From the NCBI GenBank assembly GCA_036172245.1, contig JAYWIR010000071.1, positions 310,001 to 374,000 of the forward strand: a stretch of 64,000 bases of DNA, given 5' to 3'. The first letter of the stretch is position 1. Each line of letters begins with the position of its first letter. Of this stretch, positions 1 to 13,790 are shown one piece after another. The position numbers and the translations under genes are program-made. The stretch comes from Raillietiella orientalis (taxonomy: Eukaryota). The notes beneath the pieces were generated by a model. That model worked only from the letters and a program-made list of their open reading frames with translations. It ran no database searches and was not told where the DNA came from.

Positions 1-394
1 AGACTTGTGGGCTGTTAGAAAACTTCCATCCCGCCACCAGCTGCCGCCGAGGCCAGATCAAGTTCAGTCTGCTGGAACCTCAGTCGCACGTGTGGCCGCA
101 CTGCGGGCCGACTAACTGCCGCATCAGGGCCCATTTGGGCCTAGTAGTTCCTCCGAAAACCTTCCTCCGCGTGAGAGAGGAGGTTCGGTGAGTTGTCCCG
201 CGGTCTCGGGCCCTTCCATATCTCAATAACGCGTATCCTTCAGGAGCTGGAAGGAAGGCGAATGGTTGATCTTCGACGACAGCTTCGAGCACGAGGTCTG
301 GCACAACGGCAGCACGTTCCGGTTAGTCCTCATCGTGGACGTTTGGCATCCGGAACTGACACTGGAGGAAAGGAGCAGCTTGGCTCCTATATAG
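1..394 (+). CDS. ASPH: Aspartyl/asparaginyl beta-hydroxylase, last two exons (5'-partial; <1-187, 244-394)
   Basis: Manual splice across a 56-nt GTGAGT..CAG intron (188-243) gives TCGLLENFHPATSCRRGQIKFSLLEPQSHVWPHCGPTNCRIRAHLGLVVP...SWKEGEWLIFDDSFEHEVWHNGSTFRLVLIVDVWHPEL...API*. This matches the ASPH 2OG-Fe(II) dioxygenase C-terminus (HxGPTN, FDDSFEHEV, DVWHP). Confidence 0.95.
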
Positions 395-2002
395 AGCAGC
401 GGTGATGCATCCAGACTGCCCCGTTTCGCCAGCGCATTACCAAAGTTCGCGGCACCGCGAACGTAGCTGGAAAAGTGCGTTCATGCCCAGTGCTCGTGTT
501 GCTTCGGTAACGCGCGGAATCTTCAGTTTCACTCACGCACCTTGACTAGTAAAGAAATCATGCCCTCGTGTCTGCATCTCCTTGGCGTGGGGCCACGTGG
601 ACGCGAGCACTAGAACGCGTAGCCTAGATCGTAACAGGCGCTTTCTCAACAACAGTTTTTCACCACAGGTATGCCGTGTTCACCGAATCGATGGTGCACG
701 TTCCAACTCTTCCCGAGTGTGTGAGCTCCAAGGGTTGTTCATCGGGGGTGTCAGCAGTGAAGTGACGGAGTTTCACACTCCGAAGATGCTCCAGGGGTTT
801 CTGTGTTCCATGCGAAACCTCTTACCTCCCCAGCAGCTTCGTCAGTACACCGGAAATCGTGACCGCTCTTGGACGGGTGCTCATTGAATACTGTCGGAGG
901 CGTTCCACCGTAACATGCCCGGAGTGTCGGGACTGACCGGCAGCCACGTAATTGGTTCTGCAGAACCACTACTCCACGCATGTGTACAGTGGTCAACAGG
1001 GAGAATACGTTGAGGACGAATAGAGCGGATGTAGCGTGTACGCTATGGAACTTTTGTGCTCTGTTCCAAGTATCCGCACGTGTTCCTGCTGAGTCCAGGA
1101 GGGTATCATGAGACTCACCACATGCAGTCGTAATCGAAAGACCTTTCCCTTCCAGTAGGCATGTACTGTATGCACTTCTGTCTTTCCCTGCGGAGCCTTT
1201 TTCAGCATGATTTCCGTCTAGGATACACATTGTGTTGTACACTCCTACGCTAATAAAACGTTTTGCAAAAACTGAAAAGACATTCGTTTGCTTGGCTGGT
1301 GCTTTCAAAATCTGTAGACTCTGGTCCACAAACAACGTGGAGACCGAGGAAGGTTAACACTTCATTTATGCTGGAAGCGTGTTCCTGTATTCGTTTCTTT
1401 TGGCGTACATTTATGTGTTCCATGTTCGCCATGTGTACATTAGATAGCAGTTGCACCGGTAAATGTGCAAAATAATTTAATCAATGTATCGGAGAGAATG
1501 GCGCGTGAATACGTGCGTTCACTTACAGCAAGCATCCAGGTGACGCATGACGGTTTTTGTCGGTGACTTCGTGAGGAATCCAGTGTCCATGTTTGGAAAT
1601 CGCCGGAGGTGTTTTCTTTTCTTCTGTCAGAGCGTTTCTCACAAAGGCGGAGGTTTTCCTGGAAAAGTGCGTTTTTCCTGGAACGACTGACGCAATAAAA
1701 CCATCAGCTGCGCAAGGGACTCCATATACTGGCGCCGCGGCTTCGTCTTTTTATTGCACTTCTCAAATCACGTTTCCAACATTGAAAAGAGTGGCTTCAT
1801 GAAATGTTCTCGGGACGACTCCATTCTCTTCGTTCTGCTTCCACAGTGAGATCAAACTGGTTGCTGCTGACCGTGCCGTCTCGGAGCAGCTTTTCTTCTG
1901 GACACCAATGGTATTGCGTGCATCTTTTGGCATGCAAGTCTACATTCAAGCTTCCAGATTAGCAGGAAACAAATGTCAGTCAGGCATCGTACTTTTGGAC
2001 AC

Positions 2003-5000
2003 CTTCTGTCGGATCCAGAGGTTGCGAAAGTTCTTTAATCTTTTTGACTGGTTAACTTCTTTCTTTGTAATCAAAACACTGGAACGATTCCGTTCGAAAA
2101 TGCCGCATCGGGGGGGAAGGTATGTGCTTACCTGTCCAAGTCATAGGGAATTTTTGGATCGTGTATTGAACTCGATTCTTCATTCGAGAAACACGGATAC
2201 ATGTGCGATTGCGATTTGTACTTTTTTGTACTCGCCTTCATCCACCTGAAAGAAACACCACGTTCTCCGGAAATCTAAAGCAATATGAAGTGCCTAATAT
2301 TTCGAAGGGAGAATATTGCTCGGCATGTAAACATTGTGCGGTGTCAAACGCCAGCCCGTTTACCGAAACAAGAGTGGATATGTCGGACTTATTTTTTTTG
2401 CAAAGAAAGTTGAGAAACCACCAGGGATACGTACCTTTTTAAATTCCGCTGGCGAGGAATTCGAACGACTTTGAGATTGCACTGTTCCAATACGTCCAGG
2501 ACGGAAAAGTTCCCCAGAAAATGCCCTGAAAAGTGAGAGTGTGAAAGGAAAAAACGGAACGCCACAAAAGTAACGCTGAACACACTTTCTGTCTTCGGTC
2601 GAAACGTTCAAAGCGACAATCGCTGCTACCAGGTCAAGGGTGATTCACGCGAGATGACTTCCGAGGGTTGCCTGACCCCTTCTAGGATTTTTATGATACA
2701 GTTTCGCAAAATTCCGGAGAAATGAAGAGGGAAAAGAGGAAAATACAGCAACATCGTTTCTTGCGCGTGGTTTGCAAACTTGGGCTGGACAGGGAGAAAC
2801 GTGGGAGACGGATCCCGCCGAATGCCGAAATTCGAGAGAACTGGGTCGTGGCTCGACCCATCCCCCTGTTGCTCTACTTGTTCCTTTCGCGGGAGAACCT
2901 GACTTCCGGCTGATGACTCAGCGACGCGCGCATCGACCGTCTACCACGACTCGCTTCGGACCTGCTTCCTGTCGACGAGGTCGACCGTTTCTCTGGAAAA
3001 GCGTTTTGAGCCCCTCAAGACGAAGGGGGCCGACCCACAGTCCCTGTTCGAAATAACCCACTGTCCTCATTGGCAACGCAACCCATTCGGAGCAGGCGGA
3101 GGAGGCAACTCACCATACCGCCGCTTAACGTGCGGAACTCTTCCCGTCTCGATGCCCCGCGTTTCAAGGTGCGCGCGCGTGGCCCGTCTTTGAAACCTTT
3201 CTGAATTTTTTGCTTTGCAAGATGGAAGCGATTATACACCCGTGCCACCCCTGCCACCGGACACAGGAGCCCAGGCACTTCGGCCTGGATACTGCAGTGC
3301 GCATCACTCGACCCCCTCCCTCTTCCCCTCACTTGCACACCTCACGTTTCGAAGGCGCCAAAGCTAGGTACCCTTGCCAACGGCGACTGCAATTGTTTCC
3401 AGGGAGGTTCCGTCGAAGTCGCCGCGGGCCGGGGACCAAGGAGGCTTCTAAACAGCAGCAACAAACTCCCGCTTAATGCACAAGGCGCCGCCAATCGAGC
3501 GCTCCCGTCGGAAGCCGCAGGAGGAACGGAGCAGGTCGGTGAACTCTTCGCGGAAGGGACGGCGAATGCCAAGTGAGGGCAACAGCGTGCGTTTCCATAG
3601 CACTGGTTGTGCAGTCGGGAATCCCCGCGCGGAAATTCGGCGTTCGAGGCGCGCGCGCTTTCAAGAGGCACCAAAGGAGCTGCGAACACACAGGAACACG
3701 AGCAAAAGTTTCAGGAAAGCAGAAAGGAAGTGCTGCGGAACCCCGAAGGGGTAGTGGTGGTGCGGAGCAGCGTGCACACGCCGCTCCGCCTCCGCACTCT
3801 TCTTGGAAGCCGGTTCCCCGGAGCAACAAAGGGCCGTAAGCGAAAACCTCGACAGCGAGCTCGAAGCGCGTCATTTTCCCCCAAGCCACTCAGCCCACCT
3901 ACGTTCCCCCACACGTCCCCGGAGCGTCGTCCGTGCATGGGGCCCCGACGAGCAGCTGTGCGCAGTGGAGTCCGGAACGCTGCTGCAACTTTGCAAGAGG
4001 TTCCATCTTCCTCCGTCCTGCTGAGGCGCAGCGCATTGTTGGGAGCTCGTGAGGGTCTCTCACCCCCGGTGCCGGAAAATAATCCCCCCTCGGCAGGGGG
4101 GGCGGGGAATCTTGCGCACCGCAGCGAGGGAGCGGGAGTTGGCCGCGCGGACTGCATCGCGTCTGCCGAGCGACCGTCCGACCCTTGCCCGAGGCACCAG
4201 GGAAAACAAGGTGTAATCCAGGAAGCGAAATAACAGTTGAAGAGGTGAGAGGTGAGATGGCTCCCTCCGTCTCAACAGTCGGAGAGTGGCTTTGTGGTGC
4301 GTGTCCTTCACCCTGATTGCTTGGAGCTCTCGCTTGGGAACACACCGGTCATCGAGGTGACGATCGACGGCCATGCTTGGAGAGCACAGGCACACGCCAA
4401 AGGATCGCCAGTCTCCAACACCACAGGGAGAAGAAAATACGCACGAGGAATAATCAGGGAAGAAGGAGAGGAAGGGGGGGGGGGGACATCGCATTCCAGT
4501 CCTCGGAGTGCAACCCCGAGATGGAGCCAATTGGCACTTTGAGGGTCGCTGTGAGGCGCCGCGCGCAGCTCCACTTTCGCTGTGTTCCATGCGGACGCTC
4601 CCGAGTAACTCACTCAGACTGGGAAGACCAGCAAATTCTTTCCGTCTCCATCTGTGCACGCACCCATAAACTTGTCCGTTCCTCCTTCCCCCTCCCGCCA
4701 GTTTTTTTCCTCCGACTGGAGCTGGGCTCCGACAGACACGTCCACTTTCGACAGACACTCTTGGGAAAAGGGAAGGGAACGGACACCACCGCGAATTGTC
4801 CGCTTCTTCGCGAGTCATGGAGTGCCATTTTTCGAAAAGTTGCTGCGGGTCCATGGGAGGCCTCGAGGGAGCACCCCGCGTTTCCCAGTATCGAAAGGCT
4901 GCTCTGCAACGAGCTTCGGGGAACCACTGTATTCTGCAGCTCGCACGGTCGGAACGTTCCTCTTCGAGAAACCATAATTGCGGAGGGAGAAGAGCGCTTC

Positions 5001-8000
5001 CTTTCTCTGTTCCGAAGGACCCCTGGTCTGCTTCGTCCAGTTTCCATAGAGCGCTGGCCGATGGTTTCCTTGCTCTGTTCCCAAACATCCCCCCCCCCTT
5101 CCCCACCGCGTCGGCAACTTTGGACGAAACGTAGACTGCCGTCTGTTCGAAAAAGATGAAATGCCTTCAGACGTCCACAAACCGTGAAGTCGGTGTCCCA
5201 GGTATCGAGGGAGGTCCATGTTCGCGCGCGCGTCTTAGACCTCGTGTCGACGGCAGGAGCAGAGACCGCGGGGGCGCTCCAGTTCGACAGGGAGGTGCGC
5301 ACTGTTGTACGACACTCGCCGTAGGCTGCAGGCGAGCCAAAGTGCCAGCAAGCGTCTCCTAGACTCGGAACTTGGGGGGGTTCTGCACACACGAGGGCCA
5401 TCAGGGCCTATCAAACTTGGTGGTCTTTCAATCGAAAGCAGTTCGTCGTCTCCCCGCTTGGTTGAGACCATTCGCTGCTTTCGATCCGGAAGTTTTTCTC
5501 TTAGTGTTGCCAGGATAACACAGGAAACAAAGCCGCTGCGAAACTTGGCTAACTTAAACAGATGATAACAAAAAGTCCTTTTTGACTGTTGTTGTTTTGG
5601 AAGTCATCCCGATGGCACACTGAAGCAGTAAATTAATTTCTGTGGTAAGAACGCGTGCCCTTCTCCGGGTGCTCGACCTCTCCGAGTGCTTTTTTTGCTT
5701 TTCTTGCATGCTGGTGCTTTCCCCCCCAAAATCGAAAGGAATCGCACGTGGGAGCTAACTGTAAACTATGTTTCTCATGGAGGACCCAATACAACTTCTA
5801 AGGATGGAGACTCCGCACACCTCCCGTGTTTTCACTACCACGCTGCTGCACGCTGATTTTCATTACACACGAAAGTGAGAACATCAAAGGAACGCACGCC
5901 ATCAGAAAAAACAAGGAAATCCGAAGAAAGCTGGTAAACGGGGAAAAAGCAAACAAACAAACAAACTCGCTTTGTCCGTTGCCAGGGAAATGTTGCCATC
6001 CACGGGATGCCCCAGATGGATGGATGGGGACGCCGAAGCGGGAATTCTCCCTCTCGAAAATGGTAGTAATCTATAGTCCCTTTTGAACCTCGGAGGTGCT
6101 GATCAAGAGCCCTTGCTTTCCTGCACCCGGGAGTCACGTGGATGTTAGCACGCGAAGATCCAACGGGTGCGCAAGACGGTTCGGTGGGCGAAAGCTGCGG
6201 TTGCTGTCCCATCGCCATCGTCCCGTGTTGGAAGAAGCGCGACGTGCCCGCCAAGGGGAAAGGGGAGGTATGGCGTGCGCAAAGGAGGAAACCTTCCGAT
6301 CGCCCTGCATGCCCAACTCACAGGTCCTGATGGGAAACCTCCGACTGCTCCAGCGAGCCTTTCCTGTGAGATGCCACGAGTTGGGGGGTTCAGGACATCC
6401 GGCACATAGCAACGAGTGGGAAAGCAGGGTGGGCACCGGGATCAAGTCGTGACGCTTGCACGGAGCTCACACGCGCACTTGAAAAGAAGTCGGTGCGCGC
6501 GCCAGAGTGCTGTGAGATGCATGGGGTGGGTGACGGTCCATCCTCAATATGCAGCACATTAGCAGGGAGCCGAAACCAGGCAACGAGCATCCAGACGGCG
6601 CTGCACGTGAATTCGTCTTTCGCAAGATTTGCCCCGAAACTTGCGGGTCTCAAAAGTAAACCCCCTTTGAGGATGCTTTCCCTTCCCCCGACACGAAGGG
6701 AAAGGGATCGAGTGATCTCCGTCTAAGCACTGCATCGTTGACGATCACTGCGTCACGGTCTGGTACCAAGCAACGAGACCTAGTTTCGCTCGGCGGACTT
6801 CCGAATTTAAAACGCTCTTGTGGGAACGAACGATTCCAGTATGTGCACGGAAGTGACGTTGATGCTTTGGTCGTGGCCTCCGATTCCTCTCGCCGACCGA
6901 GGAGGGAGGCGCTCCGGGAGATCGAAACGGGCAGACGCTTTCGAAAACTCTGGAACAACGCCGAGAGACCAACGTGCGAACCTCACACCCGGTGGGTCAA
7001 CTCAGAAAGTTTTTTGTTGGGACTCACCTACTCCGAAAGCGAAGAAGAAGCTTTCGTCCGGATGATCCCGGAGGAGCTGAAGAACCCTTGCTCCCATGTG
7101 TCGGTTACGCTGGTAAATGAGCTCGTCTTTAAAACGTCTGCTAAGTTTGTCAATGGTGGCCTTCTCATCTGCTGTCATGCTGTCGGTTCCAACGCTGGGG
7201 ATCTGAAAAAATACAAGAAGACAAAAAACGCGTCTTGCTCCCCGGCAGCAGCGGCGACGGCTTCCGGCGGGGGTGAGGGGGGGGGGGCACGATGCGTCCG
7301 CCGAAAGGTTTGCCACCCACAAAACAGTCCTCAAAACCAAGAAAGTCCTGGGCACGAAAAAGGAATCATTTCATTGCACAAAGTCACGCAGCGCAGCGGA
7401 AGTGGGGGCAAACAGCGGCAGCGATAGGCTCGAGTCGTTCCTAAACTCCCCCTAAAATGCTCGCCGTGCATTTCCGTTTTTTACTTTTATTTCTCTCTCA
7501 AAAAAAGAAAAAAAAAATATGTTGTTAACGGTAGATCTAAATTTGGCAGGATATTGTGAAAATTCATCTTGCAGAAATAAGGTGGCAATTTTCACTGTTT
7601 AGCAAGATGGCTGCCTGCTGCACCAACAGGAGGGAGTTCCCGCCAGGTCGATTGTTGCGCCGAAGCGAGGCGACAGTTGCACGGCTGCATGGAAACGGCG
7701 GTGCGAATTCAATCTCTCGCCGTCCGGTTCGCTCATCGCGACCTCCCCTCCTCCCTCCCTCCGCGGACCTCGATACGCGTGCCAACAACCCCTTTTTTTA
7801 TCTTACTCTTTTTTACCCCTCCCCCCGCTCTTCTTTTTTTTTTTACCACCCTGGAAATGAGAAGCTGAGATTACCTGTGGCGCACCCTCGTTGAAAACGA
7901 CGTCATCCAGGCTTCCGCAGTTATAATGCCTGATGAGGTCGTCGCCGGCATGTCGGACGGGGATCTTCCCTTCTCGGATGTCCTCGTGGTAGCGCAGGGT

Positions 8001-11000
8001 TTGGTTGAGGGCGAGGACGATCTGGAAGAACGAGGCTGGTAAACACGCTCGCGGAGACAACGTAAACGAGAACGGTTCCTGGAAGAACAGGGAGCAATCC
8101 GTACCCAAGGGATGCAAGGACGCTCGGGCGACGGAAGTGAAGTCCCCCCTCTACAGGACGGAGAACCCCAGGGAGGCAGAGTAGAATTTCCCCCCACTCC
8201 GCAGCCACCCTTTTCCCCCTTGACCACAGGCCACCCTTCCGTTTCAGCACCGAGCGGTAAATGTCCTCGAAAAACTACTTCTGTAGTCAGCCAGGCGTGA
8301 GAGGGTCAGGATGATGCATTAGAAGATGCATTCCCCAACAGTGGGATGGCGTCACAACGAGAGAGGAACGAAGATACCTCATCCGATGAGCAGCAGCAGA
8401 AACTCATCGTTTCGCTGGAAGAGGCTCTGCCGTCGAGTCTCTCGGCCACGGGAGAGCAATCTCGATACAGAGGTTGCGGGAAAGGAAGAGTGGATGGGAA
8501 AGACGCAGGAGGGATCTGACGAAATCCTAGTCATCCATTGCGAATTCCCGTGCCACTTTTCCAGGCCTTCCTGTTCCCCTGCCGTCCTCCCCGGGCTTTG
8601 CAGCACCGCCTGGTTATGTCCCCAGCAGACGTGACCAGTGTCTCCCGGTATTCTTCCATACGCCCGTTTTTCCCTCTTTCCGAGAGCCAGGAGGGCAGGG
8701 AGCTTTTCCTCAAACTCGGGATGGGGAACAGAAATGAGGAAAGCAGCTCTACGGGAGCAACGCTTCCACTTGTGCACTTCACTTGCATTTTGGCGTCTTG
8801 GTCAAGTCGCAAGCGGAGAAGACGTGAAGTGGCGGGCGAAAATCCCTTTTTCCCTTCCCACTTTCGAAATCTTCTCTACCCCCTGTCTTTCGATCTCGAC
8901 GGTCGGGCAGCGCAGGTTCCTCCGAGTCTTGCGAACTAGCTCGGGCACGTAAAGGCACCCTACGGCCAAAGTTTGTTCGTTTGTTTTCCTTCCTTGAGCG
9001 CTCTTGGTCTGCGGAGCACGTTGCCTTCGTCCCCTCCCCGCTTCCGAGGAAAATGCAGTCAACATTCCCATCCGGTGGCGAACTGGAACTCCCGCCGTTC
9101 TGAGCTTCCGCCGCTCCGGAAGTCCTGGGTGTCATCCGAGCCGCCATTTCCATTTTCCGCTTCGCTTCCATCACTGCACTGCTGGAAGCCGACGTGCGGC
9201 AGCGACACAACCGGAGGGCTGTCGGTCCTGCCAAAGGCTTCGCTCGTCGGGCCAAATTCCTCGCATGATTAAAGGCGGCGCGCCAGGCTTCTTTGCTCCT
9301 CGCCGACGACCGTTAACAGCATTGCCGCGCGTTCGAGCCAGCGCGCCGTTGCCGGAGACCATACATTCCCGTGGATAAGGCCGGGTGGAGCCGTACCAAG
9401 GATTCTTCCCGGGAATGCTGTACCGTGCTTGGGAGGCGTCTCTCCTCGGGCCGTCTTCCGTTTGAGACGCGTGCGCTGGGCGGACCGCAAGGGTCAGCAC
9501 CACGTCACGTGCGCGCGCGTGACCGGAATGCTCTGGCGGTTCGATAAAAGGGCAGTACTTCTGCGATGGGCATGCGCTGTGTGAAGTATGTAAGCTTTGG
9601 CGTTAAGACGAAAAAAATACTTATCCCCTAAACGGTCTTCATCGAGCCAGGTGATCATCTGAAGAATATAAGCATTGCAATCTCCCCCTAAGGAGAACTT
9701 TTGGCGAAAACGGGAGTGGCAAGGGTGCCAGCAATTTGTCCCGTGGACATCCGACTGAACTGAGTCCGTAGCAACGGAAGTGGATAGTCTTCGTGTCAGT
9801 GCGGTGTGACGGCGCTCCTCAACAGATCGCCTGTGTGAAGAAACGGATGCAGAGATTCGAGGACGCGCGAGTGGACCGCTTGACCACGAAATCCCACTGG
9901 ATGTGCCATTCCGTGTGCACGTGAACTGCGTGGGGAAAAAAAAAAAAAAAAAGAAACACCCCAGTGGACATGAAACGCGTGGTTGCCGGCTGCGCAGTTG
10001 ACAAGGTGCTTTTCTGCCGTTGAGTTTTCCCAAGGCAACAGACTTCCATGCCCGGAAAAGTGTCGATTATTTCCTCACCCCCGCAGCTCGTTCCCTTACG
10101 GCAGCACCTCATTCCCCGCGGCTCGCCCTGGATTCCCTCATTATCGGTAAGGATGGGGATTCGCTATTTTCGTGACTTCGCGCGCAGGTTTGATGCTTTT
10201 GAGAGGGGGGTAGCCGACTGAGGGGGGGCGGATATGTACCTGTGATCGATCAAGATCGTCGAGAGGAGAGCACTGCTCTTCAGCTCTTTCGATGGCTCCT
10301 GTCTTCTTGTGCTGCCTTTCCGCTTTCTGAGCCAGGTAAATGTCGAGCACAGGAATGCCCTTTGTGCTTACGCCACTTTGCGTTATCGAGTTCATCAACA
10401 ATACAACCCATATGGGTTTTTTCCTCTCCCAATTTCCTGCAATCGAATCGAATAAGTAGTCCTCGTCGCTTTCGGTGTCGGATACAACCCATAGGGGGAA
10501 GCTCTTCTTCACGTGCTCGAAATGTCTCTGCAAGCGGCTGTACATGTCAGGGGGCAAGAACCCTGCCAGCGTATCTCCTCTCGGCAGCAGCTGGCACTGG
10601 TTCAACGTTACGACGGTGAGAGGGTCCATCATATCCAGCTCGAAAATCACGTTCATGGACATCTCGTACGCTTCCTTCACGTTGTCCGGAATGGAGTCCC
10701 ATACCAATGTGTACGGGACGTGTAGCGTCCCGAAGAAGAACACGGGCGGATGCCGTTCGAGCCTCCACAGGAAAGACTCAGGGTTCCGGTTCTGAAAACC
10801 ACGCTGTTTTCAGTAGGGAGACTGCACACGCCCACGTTTGACAGTTTACGCGGCTTTCAACAGAACCCCTTAAAGCCTTTTTTTTCTCTCTCTCTCTCTC
10901 TCTTTGGAGGAAGGGCTGAAGCGAAAGCTTAACCCGTGAGAATCCCACCTTGTCCAGGTCTCCGCAGAATTTGGGAAGCTTCGATCCGCCTCCTTTCTTG

Positions 11001-11152
11001 CACTCCACAACGAAGTAGTGTCGAGGCCGGAAACCCTGGAAAGCAGGGAGCGGAGTTACTAGCAGCAACGGCACCTCGATGAATCCGGCAAGCGCTCGCT
11101 CTCCCTCCCTCCACCGGAAGAACGGTGTCGGGGAGAAGGGAATGGCGAGCAT
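2003..11152 (-). CDS. TRABD2: Metalloprotease TIKI / TRABD2 (TraB domain). Exons about 11152-10949, 10791-10240, 8021-7875, 7202-7028, 2525-2435, 2245-2132, 2078-2003; 3' end unresolved
   Basis: Phase-consistent GT-AG exons give SFLWRLERHPPVFFFGTLHVPY, FELD, IAGNWERKKPIWV, GIPVLDIYLAQ, GAIERAEEQC, ALNQTL, LIRHYNCG, ELIYQRN, FFFAFGVGHFLGNFSVLDVL and the C-terminal FRNLWIR, all TIKI hallmarks. The start codon and last exon(s) (possibly within 750-1950) are uncertain. Confidence 0.93.
4310..6700. mobile_element. Highly decayed Ty3/gypsy pol fragments inside the large TIKI intron
   Basis: + strand about 4310-4620 is protease-like (PVIEVTIDGHAWRA..GSPVS). - strand about 4700-5470 is RT/RNaseH-like (LIGPDG..., WKLDEADQGSFGTEKG, RIQW...ETRGAPSRP). 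- strand about 6400-6650 has GANLAKDEFTCSAVWML, resembling the RT motif LN.EKC.F...V.FLG. Catalytic residues are lost. Confidence 0.4.
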
Positions 11153-12349
11153 AGAACCCCTCTCCCCGCATCCAGCGGCACTCTGTCCGGAGGACACTTC
11201 CTGACGTATGTGCGTGCAAAGGACATCCCCCACTATCACTACGGACGCCACTTCTGCTGCTTCCCTCTCCTCCCTTTCCCAAATGCATGTCTTACCGTCA
11301 TCGCGACGACCAGGCACACACAAGTCCTCAGGATCGAGAAGCGCATAATCACTCCTCCTGGCGCGTAACTGACTCGTGACTGACTCGCTCATGCACACGG
11401 TGACAGCGGAGGCTACGGTGATGGATGGGAGTGGAGGGTGGGTAGGATCTTGCTCCAGGGGAGGCGAGGGGGAGCTGAGCGCGCTTCCGTATCTCGGAGC
11501 ACAGGCGGCGGCATCCAAGAGACGCACCGTCATCGATCGGGGAGTGTCAGAGGTGTTAACGAGGCGTGACGACTCATTCCGTGTCGTCCTCCGGGGCCAC
11601 CAGCCGCACCGAGTCTGCGCTGCCCGGGGGAAGAGGGGGAGGGAAGGTCAACACAGGCATGCGGAACGCGGTCTCTCTGTCGGACAATTCTCGTGAATGG
11701 GATAGCGACCGCCTCCCCCTCGCTCCTGTTCTCAACACGCGCACAGGTGAGCGGTCTCCGAAAGGGCGAAGAGGCTCGAGGGTGCACGGGGGCCTTTGTG
11801 AAGGAAGCCGCCTCTCTCAGCTACCGTGTCTGGGGAAACCGTCCCGACAGTGGCACGGCAGGAACCCCATTTCCATTTGCCATTTCCACCCCACGGCTCC
11901 TTTGCGCAAGTAGCCAGCAAGGAAACGTCCTCAGTCGTCGGAGGTGAGCGGCATGGGAGGATGGGGATCGCCATGCGTTCGATAGCATCCTGAGTATCGT
12001 CTCAACAGATTTTTCCAATGTCGATCGGATTGCAGATAAAAAAAAAACAAGAACAAAAAACACACCTTCCCCTTACAATTCCGGAACCTGAGGCAAGGGG
12101 CTGCCTCCCTCGAGTACACGATTGCCTCAGGATGTGGTTAGCAGCCGAGCCGAGAGCAGATGGAGTTCACGTGGATAAAAACCACGGAGTCTGAAAGGAA
12201 AGGAATATTGCGGACGCCTGGGGCGGTCTGTTCGCGCCTTTCCGCAAACGCCGCGTTTCAGTCACTTGTAGTCCTTCTGAAGCACCTGCGTTCAGGAGGA
12301 AAGTTACACTACTCCCTGGAGGACTGCTAGCTCTGTAGAAAACGCTCGA

Positions 12350-13790
12350 TCGCTAGCGAAACTAGGTGTGCGCAATGCAAGACTGGGGCTGTTAATGGGT
12401 TGCGCAGCTTAAGTCCTCCATGGTCGATGGGGAAGGAGGCGACTCCCGTGCGCGCTCGAGGTGTTATTACACCAACCCGATCGACTTGGCCCTCAGGAAT
12501 CTTCTCGTAAACATCGCTGGCAGGTCAGGAAGCGTGCCATCAAGCGAAGCGTTGCACGCACCTTGGCCCTCGTATGGCGTGCGATCACGTGTTTCCGTAA
12601 CCACGCCTGGCGGGCGCGTGCAGTTCGCACTCTCACTTCACGAATGCTTCGCGTGCCGCCCGCCAAGCGGGCCGGGAAGTGGGCCGCTGCTGGCGCAGCT
12701 CAGTCGCTCGAAACGAGCCAGCTCGGGCTGACCACGCTTTCAAGAAGAGCGGCGCGGGGCGGTGCGCCTGCTGCAGCCTCTCCCGTCCTTCCGATCTGGG
12801 CGAGCTGGCGTCCTTGCTCTGCGTGGGCGCTCGCTTCTCGGAGATGAGCGCCAAGCGATGACGCACAGCAGCAGCCCCCCTCCCCCGTGAAAGCTCCGGA
12901 CTGCGCTGCACTCCTGTTGCACCAGTTTGCTGCCGCTCGAAAGAACAGCTTTGCGGGGAAGCGAACGGTGGCAGCGACAGCTGCGGGTGCGTTCCCGAGG
13001 GACTTCCGGCCGTGTTGGGGACGCTTCGCTGCGACGTCGCCGCCGCCGCGCGCCCCGTCTTCCGTCGGCGAGCACAGGGCGCGGAGCGCGCGCGTGCCGT
13101 CGTGCTGACCACCCGGCGGTCGTCGGTGCTTCCTTGCCCGACGGCCCCCGTGCGAGAATGGGGATGATGCGATGGGGCGACTGCCAGGCCGACGCAAGTC
13201 TCATCGCGTGTGCTTGCCGTTCGCCCACTGGAGCTTTCAAGAGGCAGTCGAGAGTGCACCTGACTGCGCATTCAGCGGTTGCGACCGGGCCTTGTGCACA
13301 ACGCAGCTCCTCTCTGCGAAAGCTGACCAATGCGGACGTCTGTGCGTGCTGTTTGGCTTGCCCTTTGTCGGAGGCGGAGCGCGTCGAGCAACGGTTGCCG
13401 TGGCTGAGACGACGCGCGCTGCTGTTTTCTTGGGCGCCTCCGTCGGTCATCGGAGCGTCCGCATCGTCGCCGGAAGCCCTTTCGCTGTTGCTAGAGAGGG
13501 TTGCAGGGATGTGCGCATTTGGGAAAGACTGCTTCTGCAGGTCTGTGGGAAGGAGGTATCTTTCGCACGCACGCGGCCGAGTTTAGCGTGTGAGGGGGTG
13601 TTTACCTGGAAAGGCGGCAGCGTGTTCGTGGCGGCAACCACCGAGGGGAGCGTCTTTTGCTTTGAAATTCCTCCGTTGCTGTGTTTATTCGAGGAGAAAC
13701 GGTCTTTGCGATGGCTGCGAGAAAAGCGAAGGATCGTGTGCGTCCGGTGGTGTGGCCAAACGGATGCGAGGAGGCGCCTTCTTTGCTAGT
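12350..13790 (+). mobile_element. Decayed Ty3/gypsy RT-RNaseH remnant
   Basis: GC-rich block with degenerate motifs in pol order: YTNPIDLALRNLLVNIAG, SRVSVTTPGGRVQF, LIACACRSPTGAFKR (PIAYASRSL-like) and AERVEQRLPWL...SPEALSLL (ARLQRW...ADALSRL-like). Frameshifted. Confidence 0.4.
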